Virus record (IMG/VR): IMGVR_UViG_3300029653_000083
Span: 138,236 to 202,235 of that record
Length of the DNA: 64,000 nt
Source: a virus
Taxonomy: Duplodnaviria; Heunggongvirae; Uroviricota; Caudoviricetes
Direction: 5' to 3' (one strand)
Shown: one piece after another, positions 9,439-19,600 of the stretch
Layout: every line of letters starts with the position of its first letter
How positions within the stretch are numbered: the first letter of the stretch is position 1
Program-made: the position numbers and the translations under genes
The notes under the pieces: model-generated
Told to the model about the DNA's origin: nothing
What the model saw: only the letters and a program-made list of their open reading frames with translations
Database searches by the model: none

Positions 9439-9908
9439 AAGATTTCAGCAATTGGCTGGAAGCGTGGAAGAATTATCCTCCTGTTCCTGACTGGTTAAAC
9501 ATTTTAGGCACTATTGTTATTGGTGTTCTCCTAGTATTGATGACCGTCGGAATAATTGTCGGCTTTATCGGGGCTTTTCTCCGCGATAGTCTCTTATTCG
9601 TAAGAATTATCGGCATAAGTCTTGTTAGCGGGTTTATGGGCGTATTCCTCGTAATGTGCGTCAGCGGCCTTATCGACAACTATTACGAACAGCGTTCGAC
9701 GGCACCTCCCACTATTCGCGAGCAGATTTCCAAAGTTTGGAACTTGGACGACATCGACTGCGATTTTTCTAGCAAAGACAAACTTCCTACCGAAGATTTG
9801 AAATGCGTCGTCTACCGTGGCGACAAGAAGACCAAAGTCACACTGCACGCAAGCGAAAACAAACTCGGCCTGTACACACAGGATGGAAAACGTTTCCCAA
9901 TCAAATAG
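9435..9908 (+). CDS. 2-TM membrane protein, paralog family A2
   Basis: MKDFSNWLEAW...KLGLYTQDGK. Confidence 0.8.
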   Translation: MKDFSNWLEAWKNYPPVPDWLNILGTIVIGVLLVLMTVGIIVGFIGAFLRDSLLFVRIIGISLVSGFMGVFLVMCVSGLIDNYYEQRSTAPPTIREQISKVWNLDDIDCDFSSKDKLPTEDLKCVVYRGDKKTKVTLHASENKLGLYTQDGKRFPIK

Positions 9909-9923
9909 GAAGGATTTAAAAAA

Positions 9924-10547
9924 GTGTTAGAGCATGGCGAAGAACTTAACCTGAGAATGTTGCAACCATTGGACACGGACACTACGGCTGGCATACTTCG
10001 CGAATCCGGCTATCTGGTTCCATTATCCAAGTGGAGCAAGGCCCGGCAAGACTACAAAGGCAATACCGACCGTTGGGCGTTCAATATCATAGCATGTGCT
10101 TTCATTGGCCTCATGGTCGCCTGTTTGGAAATGTGGTCTACCCGAAATATTCCAATCAAACTTCCGAAATATACTCCCGTAGCCGTTTTTCTACTGGGTT
10201 TCGCTTTTGGTTGGGTGCAACTGTTAGGCACGTCCGATAGGCGGAAAAGGGGTTTTCGACCGAAGCCGGATAATCCAGTCCAAGTATTGGAGTCTACTTT
10301 CGACGTTCATGTGGCTGGAGACAGTGACACGTCGCTTTTCGACAAGACCGGATATAAGAAATTTCTTCTTCGTGTTGACGGCACTCACTACGCTCAGGCT
10401 ACATTGTTTGTTTGGGAAGAATCATACGATTTGAAGGAAGAGCGTACTTGGCCTTTGGTTAGTATCGCATTGTTCGATGAGGACGGAAAGCCGGTCAAAC
10501 TGCAATCGGTTGAGTCGAAGAAGGAATCTGAAAGCGTTGAACGGTAG
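9924..10547 (+). CDS. 2-TM membrane protein, divergent paralog A3
   Basis: LSKWSKARQDY, two TM segments, IALFDEDGKP. Confidence 0.7.
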   Translation: MLEHGEELNLRMLQPLDTDTTAGILRESGYLVPLSKWSKARQDYKGNTDRWAFNIIACAFIGLMVACLEMWSTRNIPIKLPKYTPVAVFLLGFAFGWVQLLGTSDRRKRGFRPKPDNPVQVLESTFDVHVAGDSDTSLFDKTGYKKFLLRVDGTHYAQATLFVWEESYDLKEERTWPLVSIALFDEDGKPVKLQSVESKKESESVER

Positions 10548-10689
10548 ACCAACTTCGGAAGAACGGGATACGAGGTGGTAAGAACCGACGCAGTTCCGGG
10601 GCACAGTGGACAGACAGTCGAATATGATGTTTCCACCATCGACCGTCTACATTCTTCGCAAGAAAAAACATTAGAAGACTGGAGTAGGC

Positions 10690-11577
10690 ATGGCTTATTA
10701 TGACCCGTGGCGTGAGGCTGTTGAAAACGCTAAAGAACTTCTCCGATTGGGAATGCCACCACAGAAAGTGCAGGAGCGGACCCGACTCCCCAAGAGCACC
10801 ATCGACAAGATAGCCCCACCTATACTGCAAGAGAACGCAGACCGTGAAGCCATTCAGGAAGCCGAGCGAGCTTTGAAGCGGGAGCATGAAAAAATCCTCA
10901 AGGAAAAATATCCATGCCCGCTCTGCCATAAAGGTTATGGGATTGTTGACGGTGGAGCGCTCACCGCGTTTTTGAACGGTTCCGTCTGCCGTATCGGCGC
11001 GGAAGATGAGACCGTTGGCAAGGGAAGCCCATTTTTTCGTCCTTATTATGCCCACTGTTCGTATAGGCGTTGTCCAGCCCGACTGATTTTTCCCCGTGAC
11101 ACGCGGGAGGAAGCGTTGAGGGCTTTCCTGTTGGGAGAGTGGATTAGACCACACCCGTTCGTCAGTGTGAGCGACGGTTCTGAATGGACGTACACCAAAC
11201 AGGGATTGGCGTCAGCGGTTTCATCATTGATGAATGATTATTCGCCGGAGCAGATAAAACAATTAGGTTTCAATCCGATTGCCGTGGACGAGTTGGCGAA
11301 CCGTAGGGCGTTACGGATTGCTAAATTCAATCCAGATGCTTTCGATTTGACGCTCATGTGTCCCAAGTGCGGTAGTCGGGGAGAGTTCCGTAAGGCTGTC
11401 AATCCGACGAATCATAGCAAGGAATCATGGTGTTGCTGGTGGAGGGTCGGCTGTCCAAGATGTGGAGCCAGAACCGTCAACTCGTTTCCTACCCGTGAAC
11501 AGGCGCAGTCCGCTTTCGAGGAGGGGGACTTGTTAAGGGGGCTGAAAATCGATAAGTCCGGAAGTGGAAAGGATTAA
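10690..11577 (+). CDS. HTH + tandem Lar-like Zn-ribbon protein
   Basis: GGAG RBS; CPLC/CSYRRC and CPKC/CPRC pairs each followed by TREEA/TREQA. Confidence 0.65.
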   Translation: MAYYDPWREAVENAKELLRLGMPPQKVQERTRLPKSTIDKIAPPILQENADREAIQEAERALKREHEKILKEKYPCPLCHKGYGIVDGGALTAFLNGSVCRIGAEDETVGKGSPFFRPYYAHCSYRRCPARLIFPRDTREEALRAFLLGEWIRPHPFVSVSDGSEWTYTKQGLASAVSSLMNDYSPEQIKQLGFNPIAVDELANRRALRIAKFNPDAFDLTLMCPKCGSRGEFRKAVNPTNHSKESWCCWWRVGCPRCGARTVNSFPTREQAQSAFEEGDLLRGLKIDKSGSGKD

Positions 11578-11583
11578 ACGAAG

Positions 11584-12468
11584 TTGTTCCATCTGCATGC
11601 AAGACCTAAAAACCGGTTGGAGTCAATTCATACCAGTACGCCATCGTTAGAAGCCGAAAAACTGAAATCCGTCATGTACGGTCTCGCCATCGGTGACGCG
11701 TTGGGAGTCCCATACGAGTTTCAACAGAGAGACACATTCAACTGCACTGGAATGATTGGTCATGGCGAGCATAACCAGCCAGCAGGAACATGGAGCGATG
11801 ACACCGCGTTGAGTCTAGCAACCTTGGACTCGCTCACCGAATGCCATGGTGAAGTCAACACCGCCGACATGCTCATGCGTTACCGAATGTGGTTGGAACA
11901 CGGAATGTACACGCCGGACGGGAACACGTATGATTCCGGTATCACAGTAGCCACAGCCATCAGGTCAAGGCATGGTTGCGATGGTTTGAACGATAACGGC
12001 AATGGTTCGCTAATGCGGGTCGCACCATGCGCCTTCTACAATTTGCCAGACGTGGAAATCAAACAGGTCAGCGCCATCACCCACGCTCATGAAATCAGTA
12101 TGACGGCGTGCGTACAATACGTGCGAATCCTCGAAGGACTGTTAAACTGCGTTCCTTCACATAAGGCGATAACGGATTCAGGATTCCCGTTCGACCCGAC
12201 CATTCCCAGAACGGAAGTAGAATCGGACGGATTCGTACTCCACACATTGAACGCGGCACTCTGGTGCTTAACCAATACCGACAATTATCGGGATTGCGTA
12301 ATTACCGCAGTAAACCTTGGAGAAGACACGGACACCACAGCCAGTGTCGCGGGAGCGTTAGCCGGAGCCGTCTACGGATTCGACAGCATTCCTACAGAGT
12401 GGATTGAAAAATTACGAGGAAGAGAACTTATAGACATGTATGTTTCAGAATCGGAGCTAAGGTGTTAA
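11584..12468 (+). CDS. ADP-ribosylglycohydrolase (DraG/ARH family)
   Basis: GLAIGDALG, WSDDT, GNGSLMR, GEDTDTTASVAG motifs; start uncertain. Confidence 0.92.
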   Translation: MFHLHARPKNRLESIHTSTPSLEAEKLKSVMYGLAIGDALGVPYEFQQRDTFNCTGMIGHGEHNQPAGTWSDDTALSLATLDSLTECHGEVNTADMLMRYRMWLEHGMYTPDGNTYDSGITVATAIRSRHGCDGLNDNGNGSLMRVAPCAFYNLPDVEIKQVSAITHAHEISMTACVQYVRILEGLLNCVPSHKAITDSGFPFDPTIPRTEVESDGFVLHTLNAALWCLTNTDNYRDCVITAVNLGEDTDTTASVAGALAGAVYGFDSIPTEWIEKLRGRELIDMYVSESELRC

Positions 12469-12764
12469 CCCTACCAATAACTCGAAAATGGTTTGACATG
12501 ATTCTTTCCGGCGAGAAGACGGAAGAATACCGAGAAGTCAAACCCTACTACGATTCTCGCTTCCGCCGACTGTTCGACATGGACGAGTCGAATAATCCAA
12601 CAGGATTGGACGAGCAGCCAATACTATTCCGCAACGGATACTCCCATACAAGTCCGAGCTTCACCGCCATCTGCACGCTCTCTAAAGGAGAGGGACGTAC
12701 CGAATGGGGAGCCGAACCACATAAACGGTATTGGATATTAAACATCCACCGAATCCAAAAATAG
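12462..12764 (+). CDS. ASCH domain protein
   Basis: WFDMILSGEKTEEYRE...FRNGY motif. Confidence 0.85.
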   Translation: MLTLPITRKWFDMILSGEKTEEYREVKPYYDSRFRRLFDMDESNNPTGLDEQPILFRNGYSHTSPSFTAICTLSKGEGRTEWGAEPHKRYWILNIHRIQK

Positions 12765-12829
12765 GTTTTTACACCCTTTCGGAGTATGTTTTAGCTAAAA
12801 AGAAACACACTCCGAAAGGAAACCTAACC

Positions 12830-14038
12830 GTGAAATACCTACTATTAATACTCGTCCCATCCTCCATCCTGCAATGGTTACTACTACTCGTATGCGGCGT
12901 GGGAGGATGGTTCCTGTTCTCCACTCAGTTTAAAACCTCAAAAAAGTCCATCGCCATGGTCAACGTATTAGGTGCTGTGTGTGGTATCGCATTCTTTTAC
13001 GGATTGAAGAATGGTCTCGGTGGTTTGAGTGACATGTTCATGTCACTCTCCGGAAAATACGTGTACGGGTATCTGCATTCGCAAGTTCCCCTAATCAACG
13101 CGTTTATCGCCATTCCTCGTATCCTCATTGGTGTTTTTTGCATGTGTGTCGCATATGGTCTTTATCAGCCGGTATCTGAAAAAGAAGGCGAGGAGTACAG
13201 GAGGCAGAGTCAGCAGAATGAGGCAAAGGAAGTTGAACAGGCTCTCAATCAGACCATCGACCAGATAGGCGTAGTCTTCAATCTGCTCAAGGCCGAACCC
13301 GGACGTCCGAATTATCACGGTTACAGGCTAGTGAATGAGGATTGTGGTGGTCAACCAGACCCATTGTGGAACACCATGAACCCAGCCAACATCCAACAGG
13401 CGAGAAGCCAATACCGCCTCTATGGCAATCCGGGCGGCGGTCTATCACAGTCGAACTTCACCACCAATGAGATTCAATCCGGCCAGAAAGGTGAACAAAT
13501 CCTCGCCAACATGATTACCGGCAACTGTCCCAACGTGGTGTCCTTCTGGTCGTTGCACGGTCTGAACGAGCAACACCAGTTCACTGACGCGGATATCGAC
13601 TGCGTGATTGCCGGACAGGACAAACAGGGCAAAACGCATTTGTGGTTCGTGGATGCGAAGAACTATAAAGGCAATGCGGACACTGCCTACCGTAACCTCA
13701 CCCCAGACCAACTGTTGAGAATTAGCGTCAGTCAGCGTGCGTTCGAAACCGGTGTGGATGGTCGTCCGGATTTGAAACTTTCCGCGAACATGAACTGGCA
13801 GAGGGACATGTGGGCTTTCATGTTCAACGGCAAGCCGGTTGAAGTGGAGTGGCTTGTCTGCATGGTGCCGACTTCCGATAAGGGTGCGCCGGATGTGACT
13901 GGGGTCATGTGGCCGGGTGATATTCCTTGCGTGACGCCGGAGGAGCTGGTGCGACGCGTGAATGCGGTTGACTTGGATTCGACGCAGAATCTTCCGTTGG
14001 ACTGGTTGGATACTTTGAAACGGCATGTCAAGCACTGA
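12830..14038 (+). CDS. membrane-anchored NERD-like (PD-(D/E)xK) nuclease
   Basis: N-terminal TM helices; GQKGE...DIDCV...VDAKNY. Confidence 0.7.
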   Translation: MKYLLLILVPSSILQWLLLLVCGVGGWFLFSTQFKTSKKSIAMVNVLGAVCGIAFFYGLKNGLGGLSDMFMSLSGKYVYGYLHSQVPLINAFIAIPRILIGVFCMCVAYGLYQPVSEKEGEEYRRQSQQNEAKEVEQALNQTIDQIGVVFNLLKAEPGRPNYHGYRLVNEDCGGQPDPLWNTMNPANIQQARSQYRLYGNPGGGLSQSNFTTNEIQSGQKGEQILANMITGNCPNVVSFWSLHGLNEQHQFTDADIDCVIAGQDKQGKTHLWFVDAKNYKGNADTAYRNLTPDQLLRISVSQRAFETGVDGRPDLKLSANMNWQRDMWAFMFNGKPVEVEWLVCMVPTSDKGAPDVTGVMWPGDIPCVTPEELVRRVNAVDLDSTQNLPLDWLDTLKRHVKH

Positions 14039-14116
14039 GCTGTTTTTGGGCGCGGGTTGTTTTCTTCTCGCGCCTTTTTTGTTTTTGTTGTGTTCAGCGT
14101 GTCTTCTCACTTTCGA

Positions 14117-14138
14117 TGATATACTGGGATTGTTCACA
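14117..14138 (+). promoter_or_regulatory. conserved promoter/operator motif copy 4 (TGATATACTGGGATTGTTCACA)
   Basis: Motif match after a hairpin/T tract, before AGGAGG. Confidence 0.8.
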
Positions 14139-14153
14139 CAAAGGAGGTTGGAA

Positions 14154-14996
14154 ATGCCAAACCAAACAACAATCCTCGCCCAACACGGCCTAATAAAAGC
14201 CGACACAGCCACTTGGACAGACTGGCAAACCATCGACAGTCATCGAGACAAACGATTCAGCTTCCCACTCGAATGGAAGCAAATCCAACAAATCCTCACC
14301 GACCACCCAACCCTTCGCCCATACCTCTACCTCTCCACCGGATTAGATGGACTTGTCCTATTGGACGTTGAGACAGGAGAAACAGCAAACGCGCAACCCC
14401 TCATATTCGACACCCTCTCAAACAAGAACAACACCATGTTCCAAATGGTCGAACAATACATTCGCAGATGGAACGAAACCACACCCACAAAAACCCTCAT
14501 ACAACAAGGCAGAACAGACGAAGCCAAACAGCAGATAGACCACGCCACCGCACTGGCGCCAACAGCCCTAATGGAACTCATCTACCAGCTCGTCCCATGG
14601 AAAGAACTGAACGACAGGCAATACCAGCGCATGACGGCATTGAACGTCAGAAAGAACGAGGAATACCCATCACGCCAATTCGACAGGCACCTCGTCAAGC
14701 TACTCCAGCAGACCAAGCCCTGCATTGGGGGAGAGGGTGCTTTGGAGAAGACGTTCGACAAGCCTATAACAGTGTACAGGGGTGAAATCGACAAGAGCGT
14801 GCATATGGGGTTAAGCTGGACGAGCAATCTCGAAGTCGCGGAAAAGTTCGCGGGCAGATTCGGTAGGCAGGGCACTATCTGGAAGACAGTGCTAGAACCC
14901 GAGAAAATACTTGCGGCTTACGCGGACGATGGTGAGCATGAAGTGCTCGCCATCGTCTCAGAAAATACCGTAAATAATGTTCGCGAATTCAGTTAG
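14154..14996 (+). CDS. putative ADP-ribosyltransferase (R-S-E type C-terminal domain)
   Basis: AGGAGG RBS; VYRG...GLSWT...AEKFA...GEHEVL. Confidence 0.6.
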   Translation: MPNQTTILAQHGLIKADTATWTDWQTIDSHRDKRFSFPLEWKQIQQILTDHPTLRPYLYLSTGLDGLVLLDVETGETANAQPLIFDTLSNKNNTMFQMVEQYIRRWNETTPTKTLIQQGRTDEAKQQIDHATALAPTALMELIYQLVPWKELNDRQYQRMTALNVRKNEEYPSRQFDRHLVKLLQQTKPCIGGEGALEKTFDKPITVYRGEIDKSVHMGLSWTSNLEVAEKFAGRFGRQGTIWKTVLEPEKILAAYADDGEHEVLAIVSENTVNNVREFS

Positions 14997-15013
14997 ACCT
15001 GTATCCTTAACTT

Positions 15014-16027
15014 CTAGTTGCAGGGGGTGTAATATGTGCTGTTGCCCTGAGAATCGAATGTCGCGCAGAGCTTGGTGTATCCAGAATTAGAGGAACTATT
15101 ATTCTGGTTCTGGCTTTGCTGTGGCGCAGACTGTTGGGTCTGGGCATGTTGCGTCGGAGCGCTGTAGGTGCTGGTGCCACTGTTCGTACGATTGTAGTTC
15201 GTGTTCGAGTAGGTTTGGGCTTGGGCTTGCGACTGCTGTTGTGCGGCTTGGCGTGCGGCTTCCTCGGCTTTGGCTTCCGCGTCGGCTTGTTCTTTCGCAG
15301 TCTTGGAGTCGTTTACGCTTTTGACAGCCTTGGACACGGCGTCTTTCTGCGCGTTCAGGGTTTTCACGTCAGACTTCTTGTCGTCAACGGTTTTCTTTGC
15401 CGTGTCGATGGCGGTTTTCAAGCTTTCACGGGTCTTGTTGTCCTGCACCTTGCCTTCGGAATCCTTGTATAGAGTTTCCGCATCACTGATGGTCTTGTCG
15501 AGCGTGGACCTCGCATCCTTGACCTGCTTGTCCGTCTTGGACTTGTTCACCTTTCTCATGGCCTTGTTGATGGCGTCGATGGAATCATTGGCTTCGGTGT
15601 TATCGTCGGCAACAATGGTATTGGCTTTGGTCGTGCCCCACAGGTTCCACTTAGTGGCATGCGATGTGGTCGGAACGCCTTTCAGGGCATCCCCGGTCTT
15701 GATGCTTTTCGTCAAGGAGTCCAACATGGTCTTGTCAAGCACGTCCGTTTCCTTCGTAGCCTTGACGAGCGTCCGTGCTTCCGCAAGTGTCTTCACCAGC
15801 TTCGAGTCAGCCTCCTTGGCTGACTCAAGCTGGGACTCATAGGAATCGTATGTTGTATTGGACGCATACGCGTAGCCACCGCCCACGCCGGCAAGGACAA
15901 CAACCGCCGCGATAGTACTGACAATAATCGTCTTCTTGGCGGGCTTCTTGGCGTTTCCCTCGTCGTTTTCGTTTGGGTTGAGGATGGTGGTTTCCTGCAT
16001 CTCCTCAAGGTTTTGGTTCTTTTCCAT
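15014..16027 (-). CDS. membrane-anchored coiled-coil (FIVAR-like) surface protein
   Basis: Single N-terminal TM, two helical repeats, Q/S/N-rich tail with paired Cys. Confidence 0.8.
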   Translation of the reverse strand: MEKNQNLEEMQETTILNPNENDEGNAKKPAKKTIIVSTIAAVVVLAGVGGGYAYASNTTYDSYESQLESAKEADSKLVKTLAEARTLVKATKETDVLDKTMLDSLTKSIKTGDALKGVPTTSHATKWNLWGTTKANTIVADDNTEANDSIDAINKAMRKVNKSKTDKQVKDARSTLDKTISDAETLYKDSEGKVQDNKTRESLKTAIDTAKKTVDDKKSDVKTLNAQKDAVSKAVKSVNDSKTAKEQADAEAKAEEAARQAAQQQSQAQAQTYSNTNYNRTNSGTSTYSAPTQHAQTQQSAPQQSQNQNNSSSNSGYTKLCATFDSQGNSTYYTPCN

Positions 16028-16094
16028 TTTTGTTTTGCTCCTTGGTTCTTATGTTCGATTCTCCCATGTGGGGTAGGCGAACACTACTCTTTAA

Positions 16095-16116
16095 TGTGGA
16101 CAAATCCACTATAACA
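16095..16116 (-). promoter_or_regulatory. conserved promoter/operator motif copy 5 (minus strand TGTTATAGTGGATTTGTCCACA)
   Basis: Oriented toward the minus-strand gene at 16027; contains a perfect GTGGA-N4-TCCAC palindrome. Confidence 0.8.
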
Positions 16117-16197
16117 CGAGAATCGGCATGTCGCAACAAAAGATATGCTATACAGCCCAAAAACAAGAGACAGTAGCAATACGGCAGTCTTCCAATC

Positions 16198-16533
16198 CTA
16201 GCAATACCAGCGTCTACGCCGCTGATATACGTTTGGTTCATCCCAATCCTCATCCATCATGCCGCTGTTGTAAGTGTTAACGGCGATGCTCAGTGAGTCA
16301 CGGATTCGGGTTTTATTCCCGTAATCCGTATACCAATCGTCCTCAATCCACCGCCAATCCTCCCACCGACGTGCCGGAATATGCGGATTCCTCTTCCGTG
16401 AATACGCGTATTTTGCGACTTCGACATACTCCCAGTGAAACCGTCCGCAATCATAAGTGTGACTGAAACCGCGTGAACGGGCCTCGTCCTCGATAAGCGC
16501 ATATGGTCTGTCCTTGAATGTTCTCGACATCAT
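16198..16533 (-). CDS. hypothetical protein (MSRT... Arg/Trp-rich)
   Basis: GAGG RBS; about 111 aa. Confidence 0.6.
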   Translation of the reverse strand: MMSRTFKDRPYALIEDEARSRGFSHTYDCGRFHWEYVEVAKYAYSRKRNPHIPARRWEDWRWIEDDWYTDYGNKTRIRDSLSIAVNTYNSGMMDEDWDEPNVYQRRRRWYC

Positions 16534-16648
16534 CGCCTCGTTTCGTGTTCTTGGATTAAATGGTACCGGTAGCGGATAGGTAAACGAAAAAACATATCCT
16601 CTTTCTATAAGAAAATTCCGTTTTTCCGAAGGTTGATTGTAGAAAACC

Positions 16649-16670
16649 TGATATATGTGGAAACAACAAT
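16649..16670 (+). promoter_or_regulatory. possible degenerate motif copy 14 (TGATATATGTGGAAACAACAAT)
   Basis: Extended -10-like and GTGGA half only; upstream of the giant adhesin. Confidence 0.3.
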
Positions 16671-16694
16671 ACAAACCTCTAGAGGAGTTAGTCT

Positions 16695-19600
16695 ATGGGT
16701 AATCCATTGAGTAAAACTTCCCGGAAAGTCAAGGACTCCATTCTTAAACGGGTGGGGAAGGCCGCTGTCGCACTGGTTGCGGCGACGGCTACCTTGGCTT
16801 CTGGAGTGATAACGACCGGTAGTGCGCTTGCCGCCACGACTGACGGCCCCGGCTACTGGTTCAATGCGACGCGTTCTGGGAGTTGGTGGGTTGGTACTCA
16901 CGGTAGTTCTCTTGGTCCGCAACGTTATGAGAACGGTAATCCGGTGTACTGTGTTGAGGCCGGTGAACCTGTTACTAATACCGGTACTTGGAATAAGGCT
17001 ACGGATGTGAACCATAAGGTTGGTGCGTGGCTGGTTGAGAAGCATAAGGGTGATAGCAGTGATTTCACTCAGGCTTCGGTTGCTTATGCGATTCATGAGC
17101 ATCTTGACCAAGGCAGTAGCCATTTCCGTCAGCTGGTAGCGGCTGGTTTGGAAGGTGCGGATATCAATGCCGTCGCTTCCAATGCGGCGAATCTTTGGAA
17201 TGATGCATATAACACTCTTCCCGCTAACCTTAATGCCGCCTATGCCTATACCTCTGGCAAGCGTACCGGAACTGTTGACCCCGGCGTTAAGAACTCTAGC
17301 GGACAGTACATTGCTGGCATTCAGTACACTGCGACGTTGAACGGCCCGGCGAAATTCGACCAGACCGGAACCAATACAATCAGTGGTACGACCACCGGTC
17401 AGGCAATGCATATTCCGTGGACGGCAACCGGCAACGGAAAAGTAACAGGCCATGTTTCGATTAATGTTCCCACTGCCGCCGTTCTAAATTCCCCCGGTCA
17501 GGATATGATGCGGCCTTCCGACCCTGAGAATCAGACTGCTGATGTTCAGTTCTCTGTGTCGCGTGATTTTCAGCCGACCGTCAGTACCAGAGTCAGCAAG
17601 AAACAGTTGACCCGTGGCTCCCCGGTCGAAGACCGTGTGACCTCCGGTGTCGCCTCCTCCGACGACGAGTGGGCGGACAACGTGCCCGTCAAATTCAAGG
17701 GCTACTATTTCGTCGGTGACTCCAAGCACATCCTCCAAGTCATCAAGAAGAACAATGGTGAGAATCCGACCGACTATTTGAAGCGCCTGCGTGAAACCGA
17801 TGGCATCCGTCAGGTTGCCGCAGCAACCACCCGCTTCATCAAGAGCGGTCAGACCAACACCGTCAAGGCGAAGGCCGCTACCGGTGGCATCGACTATGAC
17901 AGTGTGAACGGTTTGGACGATTATCAGGTGTCCGATGAGGACGCCGGACTGTTCGGAACATGGGTTTGGGTTGAAGTCAAGTCAGACCAGTCCCAGCAGG
18001 ATTACATCAAAGGCGATTACATCGATGAGTTCGGTAAAACTCAGGAAACGTCCGTGAGTGTTCTGCCGCCGAACCACGACTCCACCGTGTTGGAGCAGGA
18101 GTCCGGCATGAACAAGGACATCCTTGATGAAATCAACATCAGCCGTCTGCCGTCCGACTACGGTAAGTTCACCGGTGATACGAACTATGGTTTCAACGCT
18201 GACGCGAAGGCCAAGATTCGTGTCTGGTGGGCTGGCTCCGGAACCGGCAACAAGGATGAGGACGAAAAGTACGTCCCGACCACCGAAGAGGAGCCTACTC
18301 AGGATGCCAACCACAAGCTGGTTGGCGAATGGGAAGTTCCGGCCATGAACGGCAAGTACAAGGTCGGCGGCGGTAAAATCGTTCTCTATCCGAGCGATGG
18401 TAGCGACGCCAAGACCGTTGCCACTGATGTGAACATCAAGGTCACGGATAAGGCCCATTGCGGCTACTACGTGTTCATCTACGACTTCCCCGGCTCCGAC
18501 CGTGCGGAAGGATTCAAGAGCGCGTACAACAATCCGTGGGAACGTTCCTTCGTCACTCAGGACGCGCAACCCGTCACATTGACCACCAACGTGAACAAGA
18601 CCACCGTCACCCAAGGTGAGAAGTTCTACGATACCGCGACCATCTCCGGTCTGGTTCCGCGTGGCTCCTATGTCACCTTCACCGCGTATGACGCCGTGTC
18701 CGGCGAGCCGGACGTGTCCACCAACAAGCTGTTGGACAACACTCGCGTGAACGTCACCAACGACCAAGCCGACCATTCCGACACCACCCAGTTCGAGGTG
18801 AAGTCCCCGGAAATCAGCACCAACAAGATTGGTAAGGTCTACTGGGTTGCGAAACTCTACAATGCCAAAGGAAAGGCTCTCGCGGGTCACGCCATCGGCT
18901 TGGAGAACGAGACCATCGAAGTGGTAGGCCCGTCCCTCACCACCAAGACCAGCGCACAGCAGACCTATGTCGGTCGTCCGTTCCACGACACCGCCGTCAT
19001 CAACAACAAGATTGACGCGGGAGCCTATCTGACATTCACCGCCTATGACGCGGTTTCCGGCAAGCCGGATACGAATGCCGCGAAACTGCTTGACAACAAG
19101 CGTGTGGACATTCCAGCCGACAAGATTGCATCCTCCGGCGCCGGTAAGAGCTTCACCGTTGACTCCCCGGACGTGACCGCCACCAAGGCCGGTATCGTCT
19201 ACTGGAAGGCGACGCTCTACAACAAGGGCGGAATGGAACTCGCCACCCACGAGCTGGGTGCCACCGGCGAAAGCGTTCTCATCAAAAACCCGTCCATCAC
19301 CACCAAGGTCAGCAAGGAACAGGTCTCCATCAACGAGGAGTTCACCGATACCGCCACCATCAACGGTGAAATCGAATCCGGCGATTACGTCACCTTCGAC
19401 GCCTACGCTCCGGTTGACGGCGCTCCGAACGCCCAAGGTGCCAAACTGCTCGACTCCGAGCGTGTGAACATTCCGGCCAAGGATGTCACCGCAAGCCAGA
19501 ACGGACAGGCCATCAACGTCACCAGCCCGAAGACCCACGCCACCGAAGGCGGAAACGTGTATTGGAAGGCCACCCTGCACCGTGCCAACGGCACTGTGCT

